Shown here piece after piece: positions 46,490 to 62,738 of a stretch of 64,000 bases of DNA. Source of the stretch: Bugula neritina (Eukaryota; Animalia; Bryozoa); NCBI GenBank assembly GCA_964035545.1, contig OZ037766.1:744001-808000 (forward strand), written 5' to 3'. A program made the position numbers and the translations under genes. How positions within the stretch are numbered: the stretch's first letter is position 1; each line of letters begins with the position of its first letter. Under the pieces are notes generated by a model, which saw only the letters and a list, made by a program, of their open reading frames with translations, searched no databases and was not told the origin of the DNA.

Positions 46490-49400
46490 ATGGCAGATTC
46501 TAGAATAATCAAGAAAAGACTCAATGACTCATACAGATGTGGATACTGCAACCAGCATTTCAACAATTTAGGGGATCCCAGAACCCTGCCCTGTCTACAT
46601 GTCTACTGTATGAGGTGTTTGCAGACGGATATTGGCTACAGGAAAGATCACATAAAGTGTGCATATTGTGGGTGAGTTACTGTCAGCCCACAAACAATAT
46701 GACTTACTGTTTATAATTTCCAATATGTAGCACAGTGATCAATTCTCTGAACAAGTGATTAGATTTGTATATTACTAATTGCTGTATTGAACTGCTAGAC
46801 AAACTATGTCAAAATTAAGGTACGCTGAAGCTAAAACAACTTTTTTGTGAGACATTTATTGAATACAACTTCTATTAAATTTTGTTTGCAGTAAGGAATT
46901 CTATGGCATCACTGATCCCACAACTCTACCAGTGGCTAAACTGGGTGATGTTCTAGAATACAAAACTCCTCCCAAACCTGCACCCATTCTCTGTGATGTG
47001 TGTGAGGATGGAACAGAGGCTGTAGTCTTCTGTGTGGAGAGTGAGAAGAAGTTGTGTGAACAGCATCAGCAGGTGAGTTGTGTGTTGACTGTAGCTACTA
47101 GTACAGGACATACTGATGAGTTATACTGTAGAATTCTCTTCTAGTCTCAGGAAAGACAGAGATATGTCATGGCTGTATGTCTGTGTGTCTGTCGGTGTGT
47201 ATAGTACAGCACACAGTCCTCTGTGCTGCTGTTATCACCTTACATTATATACCATCTAGTACTGTCAACCTGACTATCAGTAACTTATATGCAAGCACCA
47301 ACCTACTAGCTGTGATTCATGATTCAACCATGTTTTCTGTTGTCAGAACCATGAAGCACACTTGAAGACTTACATGAACACTACACACCAGTTTGTTCCC
47401 ATTGACCTCTACACAGCATCTCCACAGCGTTACTCCGTTACTAAATGTGAACATCATGAACACCATCAGCTGATAGAGGCGTGTTCTCACTGTCACAAGA
47501 GATTCTGTATTCGGTGTGACTCTAAGAGTGGATGTGGAAAAGTGGCAGGTGATTTCTTTCTTTCTATTCTCTAACTTTGGCTGTTTATAACATCCACCAA
47601 GTTTGAGAAAGCATATCATAGTTTAAATGAAAATAGCATGTGTTCCTGTGTGGCCACATGATAGAACTCAGTCTAAGGTCACCGATACACTGAATGTGTT
47701 GAGGTAAATACTTGAATATTATTTCAGGGAGAAAAGCAGATTCTCACAACGTAACATCGTTGAATGATTTATCCCGTGAGCTGAGAGACAAACTGACTGA
47801 GGAAATGAAGATTCTGTCTGAGAAGATTTCAGAGTTGGATGACATATCAAAGGATGCCTGGAGACAGCTGAGTGAAATAGAAGATGAAGTAAAGAAGATG
47901 TTTGCCAGAGTATATGCTACAGTTAATGCAAAGGTTAGCAGACATGTTTGTAGAGAATATAGATAGCTATTATTTAGAGTAAAACTGTGTGGTCTAATTC
48001 TCTAATGTTATGCTGCAGTACAAAACTTCATATGTACTCAGAAATCGGCAGCCATTAAACCATCACCATTCTGTGTACAAGTAGCAGTAGTCATTCATCA
48101 CGTGACACTCAGTGCAGGTGACCCTGTCAATACAGGTGACTCACTCATCCTTCTGCAACTGTCAATCACTCACACAGGGAGGTTGGCTGTGTGAGTGATT
48201 GACAGGTGTCAGAAGGAGGAGACTAGCAGTCTACTGTGTATAGAGTGTCACATGACTGAGTCACTGTGTGTCTACTCAGTGGGTGGTCTGTCAGCTGTCG
48301 CTCTCATGTCAAGTGTAGAGGTTGTGAGGTGCAGATGTGGTTATAATGTGTTACTATTTATTAGATAGAAGAGATTAGAAAGAGAGGTGAGGAACTGAAG
48401 GATGAATTATCAGAATATCTGAGAAGCAGCACAGAGATGGTGGTTAATTATAGATATGACCTGGCAGTGAAACACAGTGTTGATAAGTTGTCTCTGGTGG
48501 ACAGAGTACAACATGCAGTTGATAAGTTCAATGATGCAGGGATTGTGAGAGACTACAAAGAGATGAGTGAGAAGATGGAAAAGGCTTTAGACATCAGTAT
48601 GGTAGAGAAATGTTCTGTTCCTCGCAAATTCCTGGCATCTGCAAGTATGTAGAATTATTAAACAGAATTCATCTCCACAAATTCAGAATTTATTCACAGC
48701 TTTCCACTTGCAGATTTTGATGAGCTTTTTTCTCAAATAGTTCAGCTTTGGAAGCTGACAAGTAAAAAATTAAGTTCATGCATTTTATGTTGATATTCAT
48801 TAGTGATTAGAATATTAACTTGTGTTATTTCTACTCTCACATTATGAGACATTTCTGCAGTGTTTCAGAGTTTATGATGTATAAGTGAGCTGCTAAACTG
48901 TGTTATGCTGACTACCTGCTGTCAGTATTAACAAAACACTCTCTACCTGTGCAGGTGATGAGATTCTCAAGTTATAGAATTGTTATTTTGTTGTTGCAGA
49001 CAGTGAAGACAGTCTGGGACTGAAGTTGGTGGGAGTTGGTACAGCACCAGCTTCTCTACAGTCTGATGGACTTCCTGTACGTGACTGGTGTGGGAGAGTA
49101 AACATCTCAGCTGATGGACATCTCATGTGTGTGACAGGAAAAGGTGTAGAAGTAATAAATAGACACACTCTGGATACTATCAGCTCAGTGAAGGACACCA
49201 ACACTACAGAGTGGAGGGAGATAATCCAACCTGAAGGGGTGGTGGTTGGCAGCTGTTATAACAGAGAGGAGAAATCAGCTGAAGTCTCACTTCTTGATCC
49301 GAACTCCTTTAAGAAGTCTCGCTCTCTGTACAAACATTCAGTAGATGTACCCACTTACTATAGAATAGCTCAGCACCTCTCTCTAGTGTATATTGTAGAT

Positions 49401-50851
49401 TACAGAGAGAATCAGCTGGTAGTCTATAATCTAGTTGACAATAAAATACAGAAGTTCCCACTTCCTGAGATGAAGTTCCCTCTACCTGTATGCATTCTCC
49501 CAGACTCAACTCTCCTCATAGGAGACCACACTATACATGGTAAAGTGAGAAGATATAAAGTGGAGAACACAACTCTCACTCTGATGTGGGAATTCCCTCA
49601 CATCTCAGGACCAACTGGTATTTCCTTTGATCCAACATCTGAACTGATTCACATCTGTACATGGGAAGGACCTCTCCTCATCCTCTCACTTGAAGGTAAA
49701 TACTCTGTTTATTATAGTAAGTTTAGTTACTCTAATACAGGGCTGTTCAACAGGCGGCCCCTGGGCTGGTTGTGACCCCCAGCCTACATTTATGTGACCC
49801 TCTAAGACACAACACATAACATTGTTTTGCACATGTATATGAATTAAAGTGAAAACATCGCTTTTAAACGGCTTATTTATACACATGCCACAAAACATGC
49901 AGCCCGCAGTAACTATTAGGACTTCATTGTGTAATGAGTCATATAGGAGTTTGGAATAAAGTTAAAGTTTACAATGGCTCCCCCTACTGGAATATTCCAT
50001 TTCAGTGGTCCTCTCTCTGAAATGGTTAGACACCCTTGCTTTATTGCAATTTTGTGATATTTTATTCTAGTAATATCACAGGCTATATCATGATATTGTT
50101 AGTAAGTACTTGGCTCTGAGGCTAATTTATAATAATTAGTATTTAATGGAAGTGTTTTACAGTAATTTTAGAGGTGCTCAGTCTAACAACTGTACAGACT
50201 GCCAGCTACACATGAGTTATGAGTTGTAGTTTGACTTCAGTCTAGTGCTGCTATTGTTTTGGTCATCAGATAATTTAAAGATAAATAATTTGATACTTTT
50301 TGACTGCCATTACTGAGACTATTGTAATTTGATAATGGCTGGTAGAGCAGTGTTTGCTGGTGGGACTCCGGTGGCTGTGGTTGGTTCTTGTCAAGTATTT
50401 AATATGTGATAATGTTGGAGTATATCTTATATTATGTAATTATTTATAATTATATTAGCTGAGCACTAAGTTTGTATGTTGAGTTTCTTCTCTCCATGTT
50501 GTCATTTATTATGAAGTAAAGAGTAGAGCAGCTGAGTGAATTATTCAATACTGACTGGTAGAAGTGCAGCTGCAGGTATATTATTGAACATATTTCAGTT
50601 ACTATATTATACTAGAAAGTAGAAACTGTGTGTAGTTGTGTCAGCTGTTGTGATGTCACTGTAGTCTGTCTGTTTGTCTCAAACCGATACAATCTGGTGT
50701 TATTCTATTTACAGGTGAACTGATGGTAAGAATTCCCAGAGAAAGTCTTGGTGTGAGTGACTTGGTGTGGGACATTGCTGTGTATAACAGAGACAAGGTG
50801 TTTCTAGCATGTAGAGATGATGGACTGAGGAGATACACAATAAAATACTAA
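46490..50851 (+). CDS. TRIM-like E3 ligase: RING, B-box1, B-box2, coiled coil, beta-propeller (NHL-like); exons 46490-46671, 46892-47072, 47347-47548, 47728-47933, 48365-48644, 49000-49695, 50715-50851
   Basis: CGYC...PRTLPCLHVYCMRC...CAYC RING; CDVC...FCVES..LCEQH; CEHH...CSHC...CIRC; helical segment; YIVDY, PTGISFD propeller blades; junctions in phase. Confidence 0.88.
49738..50038. mobile_element. Old hAT (Charlie-like) MITE in TRIM intron
   Basis: Ends CAGGGCTGTTCAAC / GTTAGACACCCTTG; degenerate 8-bp flanks CTCTAATA / CTTTATTG. Confidence 0.55.
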
Positions 50852-51523
50852 ACTTATCAGCTACAGTTTACTAATAATCAGCTCAGTGAAGTCATCAATA
50901 CACACACATAGTACATGTCAAATATAATATATTGTGTTCTACTCACAGTGTAATAATACTTCAGTATAATATTATATATTCCACAGGACTAACACTGCTT
51001 ATATGTAGTATTTTATGTTGATTAGTAATTATTATGTAACATATTCACTCTGCTATGCTGTCACTACTCTGTAGTCATATTTACTCAATAAAGTTTGTTT
51101 GTTTCTGACTGGTTTATGACTCATCTACCTACTTGGTTAAATTAATTTAAATATTTCTCTCTACAACAGTAGCTCTTTTATTTGAGAGGTAAATAATGAG
51201 TGTGTTTCAGCTCAACATGAGTCTAGTTACTTCCTTATCAAGTAGTAGCTGTATATAACTTGTGAGTTTAAATGGCTGGTACAGAGTAGAACAAACATTC
51301 CTGCAGATATCATGTGTTTTATAAGTATTGTATATAAAAATAGTTACTGTAATAAATTGTAGAACTGCGGCTATTCTTAGCAAGTTTTTTCTTCAATAGT
51401 TTAATAATAGCCTCAGAAACTATATTATGTAGTTTGTGTGTGAATAAGTCCCAGTATGTGGGAATTGCTGTTTGATGGTAAAAGACAACTCCAATCTCAC
51501 CAATTGGCCATGTTTAGGGAATA

Positions 51524-51782
51524 CCACACTTTGACGTAACATAAAATGTCAGCCATATTTTTACGAGTGTTCGAGTTTCTTGTACGGCGTTGTGGTATGT
51601 TAGGATCTAGCACTGTTTGTTTCAAAAAAGTTGTGGCCGGCTCCTATTTGACAAGCAGACATTCCCCTCACTTCATTGGATATAAATGAAGTGTCATAGA
51701 TCGTACCTAGTAGCACACTTTGAGAACTTCAGTCGGACATATTAAAAATGGCTGACATTTTACGTTACGGCCTACGGTGTGG
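51524..51782. mobile_element. MITE-like element with imperfect inverted repeats
   Basis: CCACAC...CGTAACATAAAATGTCAGCCAT vs ATGGCTGACATTTTACGTTACG...GTGTGG; true ends and TSD not resolved. Confidence 0.5.
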
Positions 51783-53181
51783 CAGAGTGTGTCTGGGGGA
51801 TAGTCTAACTGCCACACTGAACTCAGTACCAATGTAAGACAACTCCAGTAATTTAATTTAAATTCATCTTGATTTTGTATTTATATCATATATAAGCAAC
51901 CCGAGTGCAGTAGTCTGGGATATTGTGTTTGAAGTTGGGGGTTTAAGTTTCCAGTCTAATCCCTTAACTCTACACTTGAGAACCACAAACTTGCTGCACT
52001 TGATCACCCCCAACTTGGAGCTGCTTATAGAAAGATTATTTTTTTGTATATGCACCATGCAGTGTGTGCTCTGCAATGCTTCACAACTAATAATATATTA
52101 TTGTCCAAGTCTGTCACGTGACTTGCATTATGGTTGTAGGATTGCATTGCTAAACTTGGTGTACATGTTCCTCCCCTGTAAGTTCCTCTAACTAAGAACC
52201 AACCAATCAGCCAATTATGTACTTCCATTAGCTGATTACATAAACCAAACTAGTATTACTATCTGTTAGTTGAGCAACAAGTGAAATTGCTGTATTGTTG
52301 CTAGAATTGTGAAGGAGTTAAGTTGAGTAACTTCCTGTGCCATCATAAGGTTACAAATAGCTGTCATGGAGGTTCAACTAAATACTGGTTGTTATTTCAC
52401 TGTGGAGAACAGAATAGCTTCCAGTTTTTCTGGTCAGGAAAAGCACTACACAAGTGGCTTACAAATCATTTTATTTTATTATGCAAATAACCAGTGTAAC
52501 CTCAACTTGACTTTACTAACTCCTCTGTGTGCCCTTCCTCTACTCTGTATATAATTCACTACTATCTATCTTTATATTTGAAAACTGAAGATCATGTCTA
52601 GCCATCACCAGCAATAGTTCTTCATTTCATTCCCATTCAAAAGGTAGAACATGAGATGCATTAAGAACATTGTATCAAATACCAATATTGTGAATAACTA
52701 AATTAGTGCATTTTTAATAAAATTAAAAGCATCAAATACAAATAACCAATTGTAGCATATTATTGCATAGAAATATGATACCAAAACTTGCATAAAATAT
52801 TTTACATATAAATACCTAAAACATTGTTTATAGCTCAACATGAAATAGAAATAATAAAAATATATATTCTATAGCCAATATAAATGTTACCAGATATACT
52901 GGTCACTAGATATGTACTATTAACTATATACCAACATGGATACTGTTTCAATATATTTACCTGCTAAAAGTACAGGTGAATAATATGACATAAGAATATT
53001 ATACATTTCAGATCTTGATATACTCACTATGCTAATTGTAAATAGAGAGAATATTTAATGATTACTCCACAATGTAAACATTCTAAGCTGAGAACTACAT
53101 CCACAATGTCACATACTGATAATTTATTTCTCTAGCAATGTCAGTGTTTCCATAGCAACAATATTTCAAACAAAGTAGACT

Positions 53182-56152
<2,971 letters not shown>

Positions 56153-56233
56153 CTACAAATTCATGTCTTATTATACCTCAACAATAACACTGAGTTAGTA
56201 TAGGAAAAGACTAATGCTGTCTATATTGTGATG

Positions 56234-56916
56234 TCATACTAAGAGTATATATAATTCAGTAACTTACATTATCATACTAAGAGTATATATAATTCAGTAA
56301 CTTACATTATCATACTAAGAGTACATATAATTCAGTAACTTACATTATCATACTAAGAGTATATATAATTCAGTAACTTACATTATCATACTAAGAGTAC
56401 ATATAATTCAGTAACTTACATTATCATACTAAGAGTACATATAATTCAGTAACTTACATTATCATACTAAGAGTATATATAATTCACTAACTTACATTAT
56501 CATACTAAGAGTATATATAATTCAGTAACTTACACTATCATACTAAGAGTATATATAATTCAGTAACTTACATTATCATACTAAGAGTATATATAATTCA
56601 GTAACTTACATTATCATACTAAGAGTATATATAATTCAGTAACTTACATTATCATACTAAGAGTATATATAATTCAGTAACTTACACTATCATACTAAGA
56701 GTATATATAATTCAGTAACTTACATTATCATACTAAGAGTAAATATAATTCAGTAACTTACACTATCATACTGAGAGTATATATAATTCAGTAACTTACA
56801 CTATCATACTAAGAGTATATATAATTCAGTAACTTACATTATCATACTAAGAGTATATATAATTCAGTAACTTACATTATCATACTAAGAGTAAATATAA
56901 TTCAGTAACTTACATT
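56234..56916. repeat. 38-bp minisatellite, about 18 copies
   Basis: TCATACTAAGAGTATATATAATTCAGTAACTTACATTA repeated. Confidence 0.95.
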
Positions 56917-59409
56917 GCCATGTTTGACAGACGCATGCCAATGAGTCACAAGTTGTCTTCTCCTTGTCTATGGTGACTAGATAGTGCAGGTACTCTCAGT
57001 GTCTGTCTGCAGAACTTGACTTCACTGTTTTACTGCTATGACTCAACTCCCCTCTCCTCACCACTGTAGATATACACTCCTAGACAAGAAATAATAAGGT
57101 AAGTCTGTAATCAGTTACTATTGATTAGAAAGGGTGGGTTGTACCTCTGTGTATTTGTAGCTGTGCCTGCTAGTTTCTATTTTAAAGCTGAGAAATGCCT
57201 CAAAATATTCGAACTTACTTTTAGGGCCTATGTAGTTATTGAAATGGTACGTAACTGGGAAGTTTAACATTCATGAAGACATTAAATGTAATCATCCGGT
57301 CTCACTCTCAAAGTCAATGTATATAGACTGCTATGTTAATTTGAATATTTAATTTAGCTGTTGGTAAAGATTATGAAAAACCAAAGAACAGTATGGAAGG
57401 TTGATAATTTCTTTTGATGCTAACAACTAGAGAAAACCTCCATGTTATAACATGATCCTATTAGTATTAGTATTATGATAATCATAAATATGATACCATG
57501 ACACTGAGAGTACTGTAACGTGAAACTGAGGTATCACTGTTACAACTGACTGTATAGTGTATAATAATATAGCTAAGCACTGAGTGGTTTACTATAACAG
57601 TATTATATGCATATAACTTATGGTAATTACCTTGTAGATGACTCCTCTCGTTCTGGTACGTCTACATGAAGTTGGGTCTTACAGAGGAGTGACTTCAGAT
57701 AACTTTCGGATGCAGTAGGACTTCCTGCTGGTTAGGGCCACATTAGCTAGCCCAGGATAGTTTGCTGTATTTACAAGGATGGCTGCATCTCCATATAAAG
57801 ATAAAGCCACGTAGCTGCAAGTCAGTTTTGAAGTTGATATTAATGGAAACTGTAACAGTGTCTGGTAGACGAAAATCAAAATGTAATTAATATTATAGCA
57901 AAACTAGTAATTGTTACAGACAATGGAAGTTAGCGTGTATATCCCCATAATATTAATCATCTTTAGTCTGTATTTAAATACAATATTAATGAAATGGAAG
58001 TTAGGATCAAAGACTTTCAAAGAGATAAGATCAAGAATGTGAATTTGAATAGTTCCATCACAACAACAGTAACCATAAGCCATAAGGCAGGATTGAAAAG
58101 TAACCCTAAATAGCAAAGTACCACTACTAACTCTAAGATTAAGAGTAAATCTAAGTTAGTATAACTATAAGTCGGTAAGTATTAGTATAAGTTATAAGTG
58201 ATTAAGTTACAAGTATAAGTATTAGTATAACTATAAGACTAAGACTAAGTTATTAGTTAGTGAAAGTATAACTATAACTCTATAATTATAACATTGAAAA
58301 ATCAGAAAGCGCTAGTTCCTAAAATACAAGTTAATCTTCAGTTTTATTATTATTCGACGACAAATAGTATAACTATAAAAAGTTAAAAAAGAATATTTCA
58401 TACTCATAGTCACCTTTTAAAAAGTAATTCCAACTGATAATGCACGCGTAAACATTAAAGAGCGAAAGAGCGGAAACGGATATGGTAATGGGCGTGTACT
58501 TCTAGCTCTTATGAAGGCAAGGTTGCCGGTTGCTGGTTTTTATTGCTTGCTATTCTTTGCTGCTGCAGAATAATCACTAAGCTGACTTAAATGTTTAGAA
58601 CACAGGCTATGCATGCTGCTAAATGAGAAAACAAATGAAACTACCTGCTATAGATATTAATACTATTGTCGAACGAAAATTTAAAATATAAAAACCATTT
58701 TGAATTTTTTTAATAATAATAATAGTAAGTGAATAATTTGTGTTTGTGTGTATGAATATAATGAATATTCAAATGGAATATCTAAATGGAATTTCGAATA
58801 TTGTATGAAGGTAGTATTTAACTAGGAATTATTAATGTATGGAATGTGCAAATGACGTTCTAATAATGTAGTATAGAGTATGTAAATGAAAATGTTAAAA
58901 CTCGAATCTCTAAAATATTTTGTGAATGGAATTAATGAAGTATGCAAATGAAAGTGTATAATATGTGTAAATGGTGTGGAACTGAATTATATATGATGTA
59001 TATAATGAGTGTAAATGAATGCTTGTGATTAATCAAACTATACTAATTTGTATGCGTGTAATGGTTCTATTGTGTGATGGTAACAACTCTGGACGTTTAA
59101 AAATTTTCGGAGGGCAAATTTAGGACCTGCCCCTCCGAGGAATGAAACTATAAATTATGTTTTTTTTTTTTTGTTACAAATATCTATTTTATGATAACTT
59201 AGAAACAAATTATAATAGTAAAAATAATAACCAAACCAAAAAGAAAAGAAAAAAAACAATTCCAGCGACCCTTCGAGAAATCTTGCTATGCAATAGAAAT
59301 ACTAGCAGCTTACAAAATTAATGAGCCTTCGGATGTAACTTTATATAATTTCAACATTCAATAATTAAAAACTCTCTCAAAAACAAAAGATGGTTTCTAT
59401 AATTCGTGC

Positions 59410-59830
59410 AGATTAAAACATCCAATAATTTTCTTAGTTCAAATAATAGATTTTCTTCAAATATAAGTTTCAGGCAGCTTAAACATTCAATAATTTTTCT
59501 TAGTTCAAATAATAATTTTTTCTTCAAATATAAATTTCAGGCAGCTTAAACATTCAATAATTTTTCATAGTTCAAATAATAATTTTTCTTCAAATATAAA
59601 TTTCAGGCAGCTTAAACATTCAATAATTTTTTCTTAGTTCAAATAATAATTTTCTTCTAATATAAATTTCAGGCAGCTTAAACATTCAATAAAATTTTTC
59701 TTAGTTCAAATAATAGATTTTCTTCAAATATAAATCTTATGCAGCTTTAAACATTCAATAAATTCAGAATAATAGTTTCCTTCAACTATATAATTATGCT
59801 GCTTTTAACATTCAATAGATTCAAAATAAC
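59410..59830. repeat. ~60-bp AT-rich tandem repeat, about 6 copies
   Basis: TTCAGGCAGCTTAAACATTCAATAATTTTTCTTAGTTCAAATAATA... repeated. Confidence 0.85.
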
Positions 59831-61479
59831 AACATATATAACTCACTATTTGTTTCAGTCTGTCTTGTGTCCCAGATATATATATATATGTGTAAAAAAA
59901 ATGAATTACATAGAACTACACTTAATAGTCTGTTGCTGCTGCTGCTGTCTTTCTTCCTTTCTCCCTCTCTATATCTCTACTTTATCCCTACTTCATCCTT
60001 ACTGTATCCTATTCCTCTCTATCTCTACAATGCTTATGCTGTTTCTGCCGTCTGGTTTTTATAGTAGATTTCTTTGGCAAGCTTTTGATTCCAGGCTAGC
60101 GGTAACATTGTAGGATTAATTCCATCAGGCAAGCTGCCAGCTGGCTCACAGCACCAAATAGGGGGTTTGGTTGACGATAAAAAGCTAAATGTTACAAATT
60201 CCAACACCTGAACATGACAATGTAATATTATCCCAAATTCCACAATTAATTGTATAAAATAATTTTACCAACCATATCATAGTTGTATTATTTAGGAGAT
60301 TAGTAATTATATGTCTAGTATATTAATTAAATTTCCGCTTAAAACAGATTTCTAATATAAGGTTAAACTTAATCCATTAAAATTATATGTCGGCAATAGA
60401 CCATGTAAAACTCAGCCAATCAGCGAAGTGTACCAGGTCAATGTCTTACCATTGTAACTGATATAGAATTCTGCAAGTTCAATTGCAAAATGCATGCTTC
60501 TAAAAGCTAGTTGTGCAACTTTTTTTTCATGCATTATTTAATTTCATATCTTAAATTGATGATTCTTGAAATGATTTTTTAAAATGTCTAAATTAAGTGT
60601 TTATAAGACGCAATTAAAAATTGCATGTCTAGAAAAATGACCTGGTACACTTTTGCAACTTAAGGCCAATTATTACATAACTGCCAGCTTAGTAGTTATT
60701 TGTTGTTTCAGCTTGAATAGGTCATTGTTTAGCATTGGAAGCTTGCAGTAAACATCTGTGAATTTGGTACATAACTTTGATTGGCTGGTTTTTGAATGGC
60801 CCTTTAGTATAATTATGCATCTGGATGGCTGGGTAGTGTAGACTCAGCCTACATCTAGCTGATGTACAGTAGCCAATCCACAGTAGTATTACAAAATTTC
60901 TGTTTACCAAATGAAATATTCTGGTCATTTGTTTTGTATTTTACAATAGTAAATATTCTATTCAACTAGAATTTTATTGTATGTAAGCCATGGGAACTAC
61001 TAAGAGGTTAAATCAACCACCCATGCTGGTAATATTGTAGCTCACAGTAATAGCAAGTCCACACCGTATAAATATACACATAAGCTATTATGTGCAGCTT
61101 ATGAATGCTGAAATGACCCCATTTCTTACTTTCAATTTGAAAAAATTGTATTACATATTCTGCCACTTCTGCACCAAGAATTTGCTTTCCTTTTAGATTT
61201 TGAAAATAGTAGGCAGTTTCTGCAGCAGTCAACTGCATCCACAATAAACAACGTAAGCTTTCAAATAAACTATAAATATATGAAATATTAGTGTGGAAAC
61301 AATGTAATTTAGTTCTTGCTATGATGAAAAATTACAAGAATATTATATAAAAGCTAGATATAGATTTCTATAAAATGGCACAGGTAAAAATAACACATTT
61401 TTACTTCAAATTCTAAATTTCATCAGTCACCAATGGTGGCTGTAGATTACAGAGAGCATAGCAGACTATCATAATCATA

Positions 61480-61913
61480 AGGATGGTCAGCCCACTGAGC
61501 AAAATTCAACTCCAACCCTTCATTTGGGTTACCAACGCACTAAAGCATATAATGTAAGACGCACAAAAAAACAGTGGTTTTAATGAAACATGTGAAGGAA
61601 GCAAACAGAAAACGTCTTCAACAGAGTCAGCTGATATAGAGCAACAAAACTCATCTGACAGCCATCCTCATAGTCAGACTTCATCAGAAGTAACTGAGTT
61701 ACCAGAATCATCAACTACTCAGAAAAAAAGATGTGCACATTCTATTGATAGACGAAAATCAAAAGTTGGAAGAAAAGGCTCAAAAAGTTCCGCGTTTAAA
61801 CAAAAAGCAACTATTGAAAAAGTAAAAGTTTTTAAAACTTTCACCACTACAGATGAGCGAACTAAATTCTATACTGGAATACCTACACGTTCTCTATACT
61901 ATTTTTTAGCAAG
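61480..61913 (+). pseudogene. Degenerate THAP-type / PIF-Harbinger (ISL2EU-like) transposase 5' fragment
   Basis: DGQPTEQNSTPTLHLGY resembles the THAP C-terminal P-x-PT-L motif; after a frameshift, DERTKFYTGIP resembles the FYTG motif of these transposases; ends at an AG|GT donor. Confidence 0.5.
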
Positions 61914-62184
61914 GTAAAAATTATGATTTTCTTATTGCAAAGATAGACTATGGTTTATTACAAATAAACAATGCAAGTCTCACTATGCTAAAATTTGTAC
62001 ATAGATTAAATTTGATGTGTAGTAAAACTGTCATTTTAATTAAATTTGTTGCAGTGTGAGTGCATCATTCATACATTTTTTATTAAAGATGTTGTTTTAT
62101 GTAAGATATTCATAAATACCACAGTGGTCATCTGTATGCTTTGACTTATTTAGTTTAGGGTTTTATTTAAACAAGCAGCAGTAT

Positions 62185-62532
62185 TGTGATAAACTTGTGG
62201 GTTGAATGTAACTTAGTGCAGAACAAGATAGGTTGAAGTAGTAGAGTTCCAAATGTTTATTGTATTAGAAAAATAATGTCAACTTGTCCAGGCGAGCTCC
62301 AGTAGTAGACTGGCTTTACACCGTAACTCGCCTGCTTTTATATACAGCGAACAAAAGAACATAAAACAAAGAATCTTTTGTGTGTGTGGCCCGAAGTTCG
62401 GTAGCTCCGAAATTCGGCAGGCCCGAAGATCGGGGGAACCGATCTTCGGTCAAGCCGAAATTCGGAACTCCGAATTTCGGACCCCAATTAACATTATTGA
62501 ACAAAAGAGTAACCAAGGCATAATCTATCACA
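62185..62532 (-). repeat. 3' LTR of element C (348 bp)
   Basis: 7-bp terminal inverted repeat, TATATAAAAG box near 62344-62335, AATAAA near 62261-62256, follows the PPT; partner LTR outside the window. Confidence 0.75.
62391..62480. promoter_or_regulatory. Array of six palindromic CCGA-N3-TCGG motifs in LTR U3
   Basis: Motifs start at 62391, 62407, 62423, 62439, 62455, 62470 with non-identical 4-5-bp spacers; regulatory role is inferred. Confidence 0.75.
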
Positions 62533-62738
62533 CACACCCCCTATCGGAAAGCGTGCTTTCCGATACGAGGGCGAATAATAACATAATAACAATGAGACGG
62601 ACAATAAACAAAACAAAAAAAAACAGAAGAGAGAGAACAAAGAAACAAAACAAAACAAAACATCAAGTACATAGTATAAGGGGCAACGAATATGTATAAC
62701 AGAGAATTGTCATGCCACCAGTCAGGGAGAGGCGGGTC

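Noticed and set aside
60034-61244. Second (exonuclease) gene of the Harbinger-like relic on the minus strand
   Set aside because: Short ORFs with no motif I can recognise
62391-62480. CRISPR-like repeat-spacer array
   Set aside because: Repeats are 11 bp and spacers 4-5 bp, inside a eukaryotic LTR, with no cas genes
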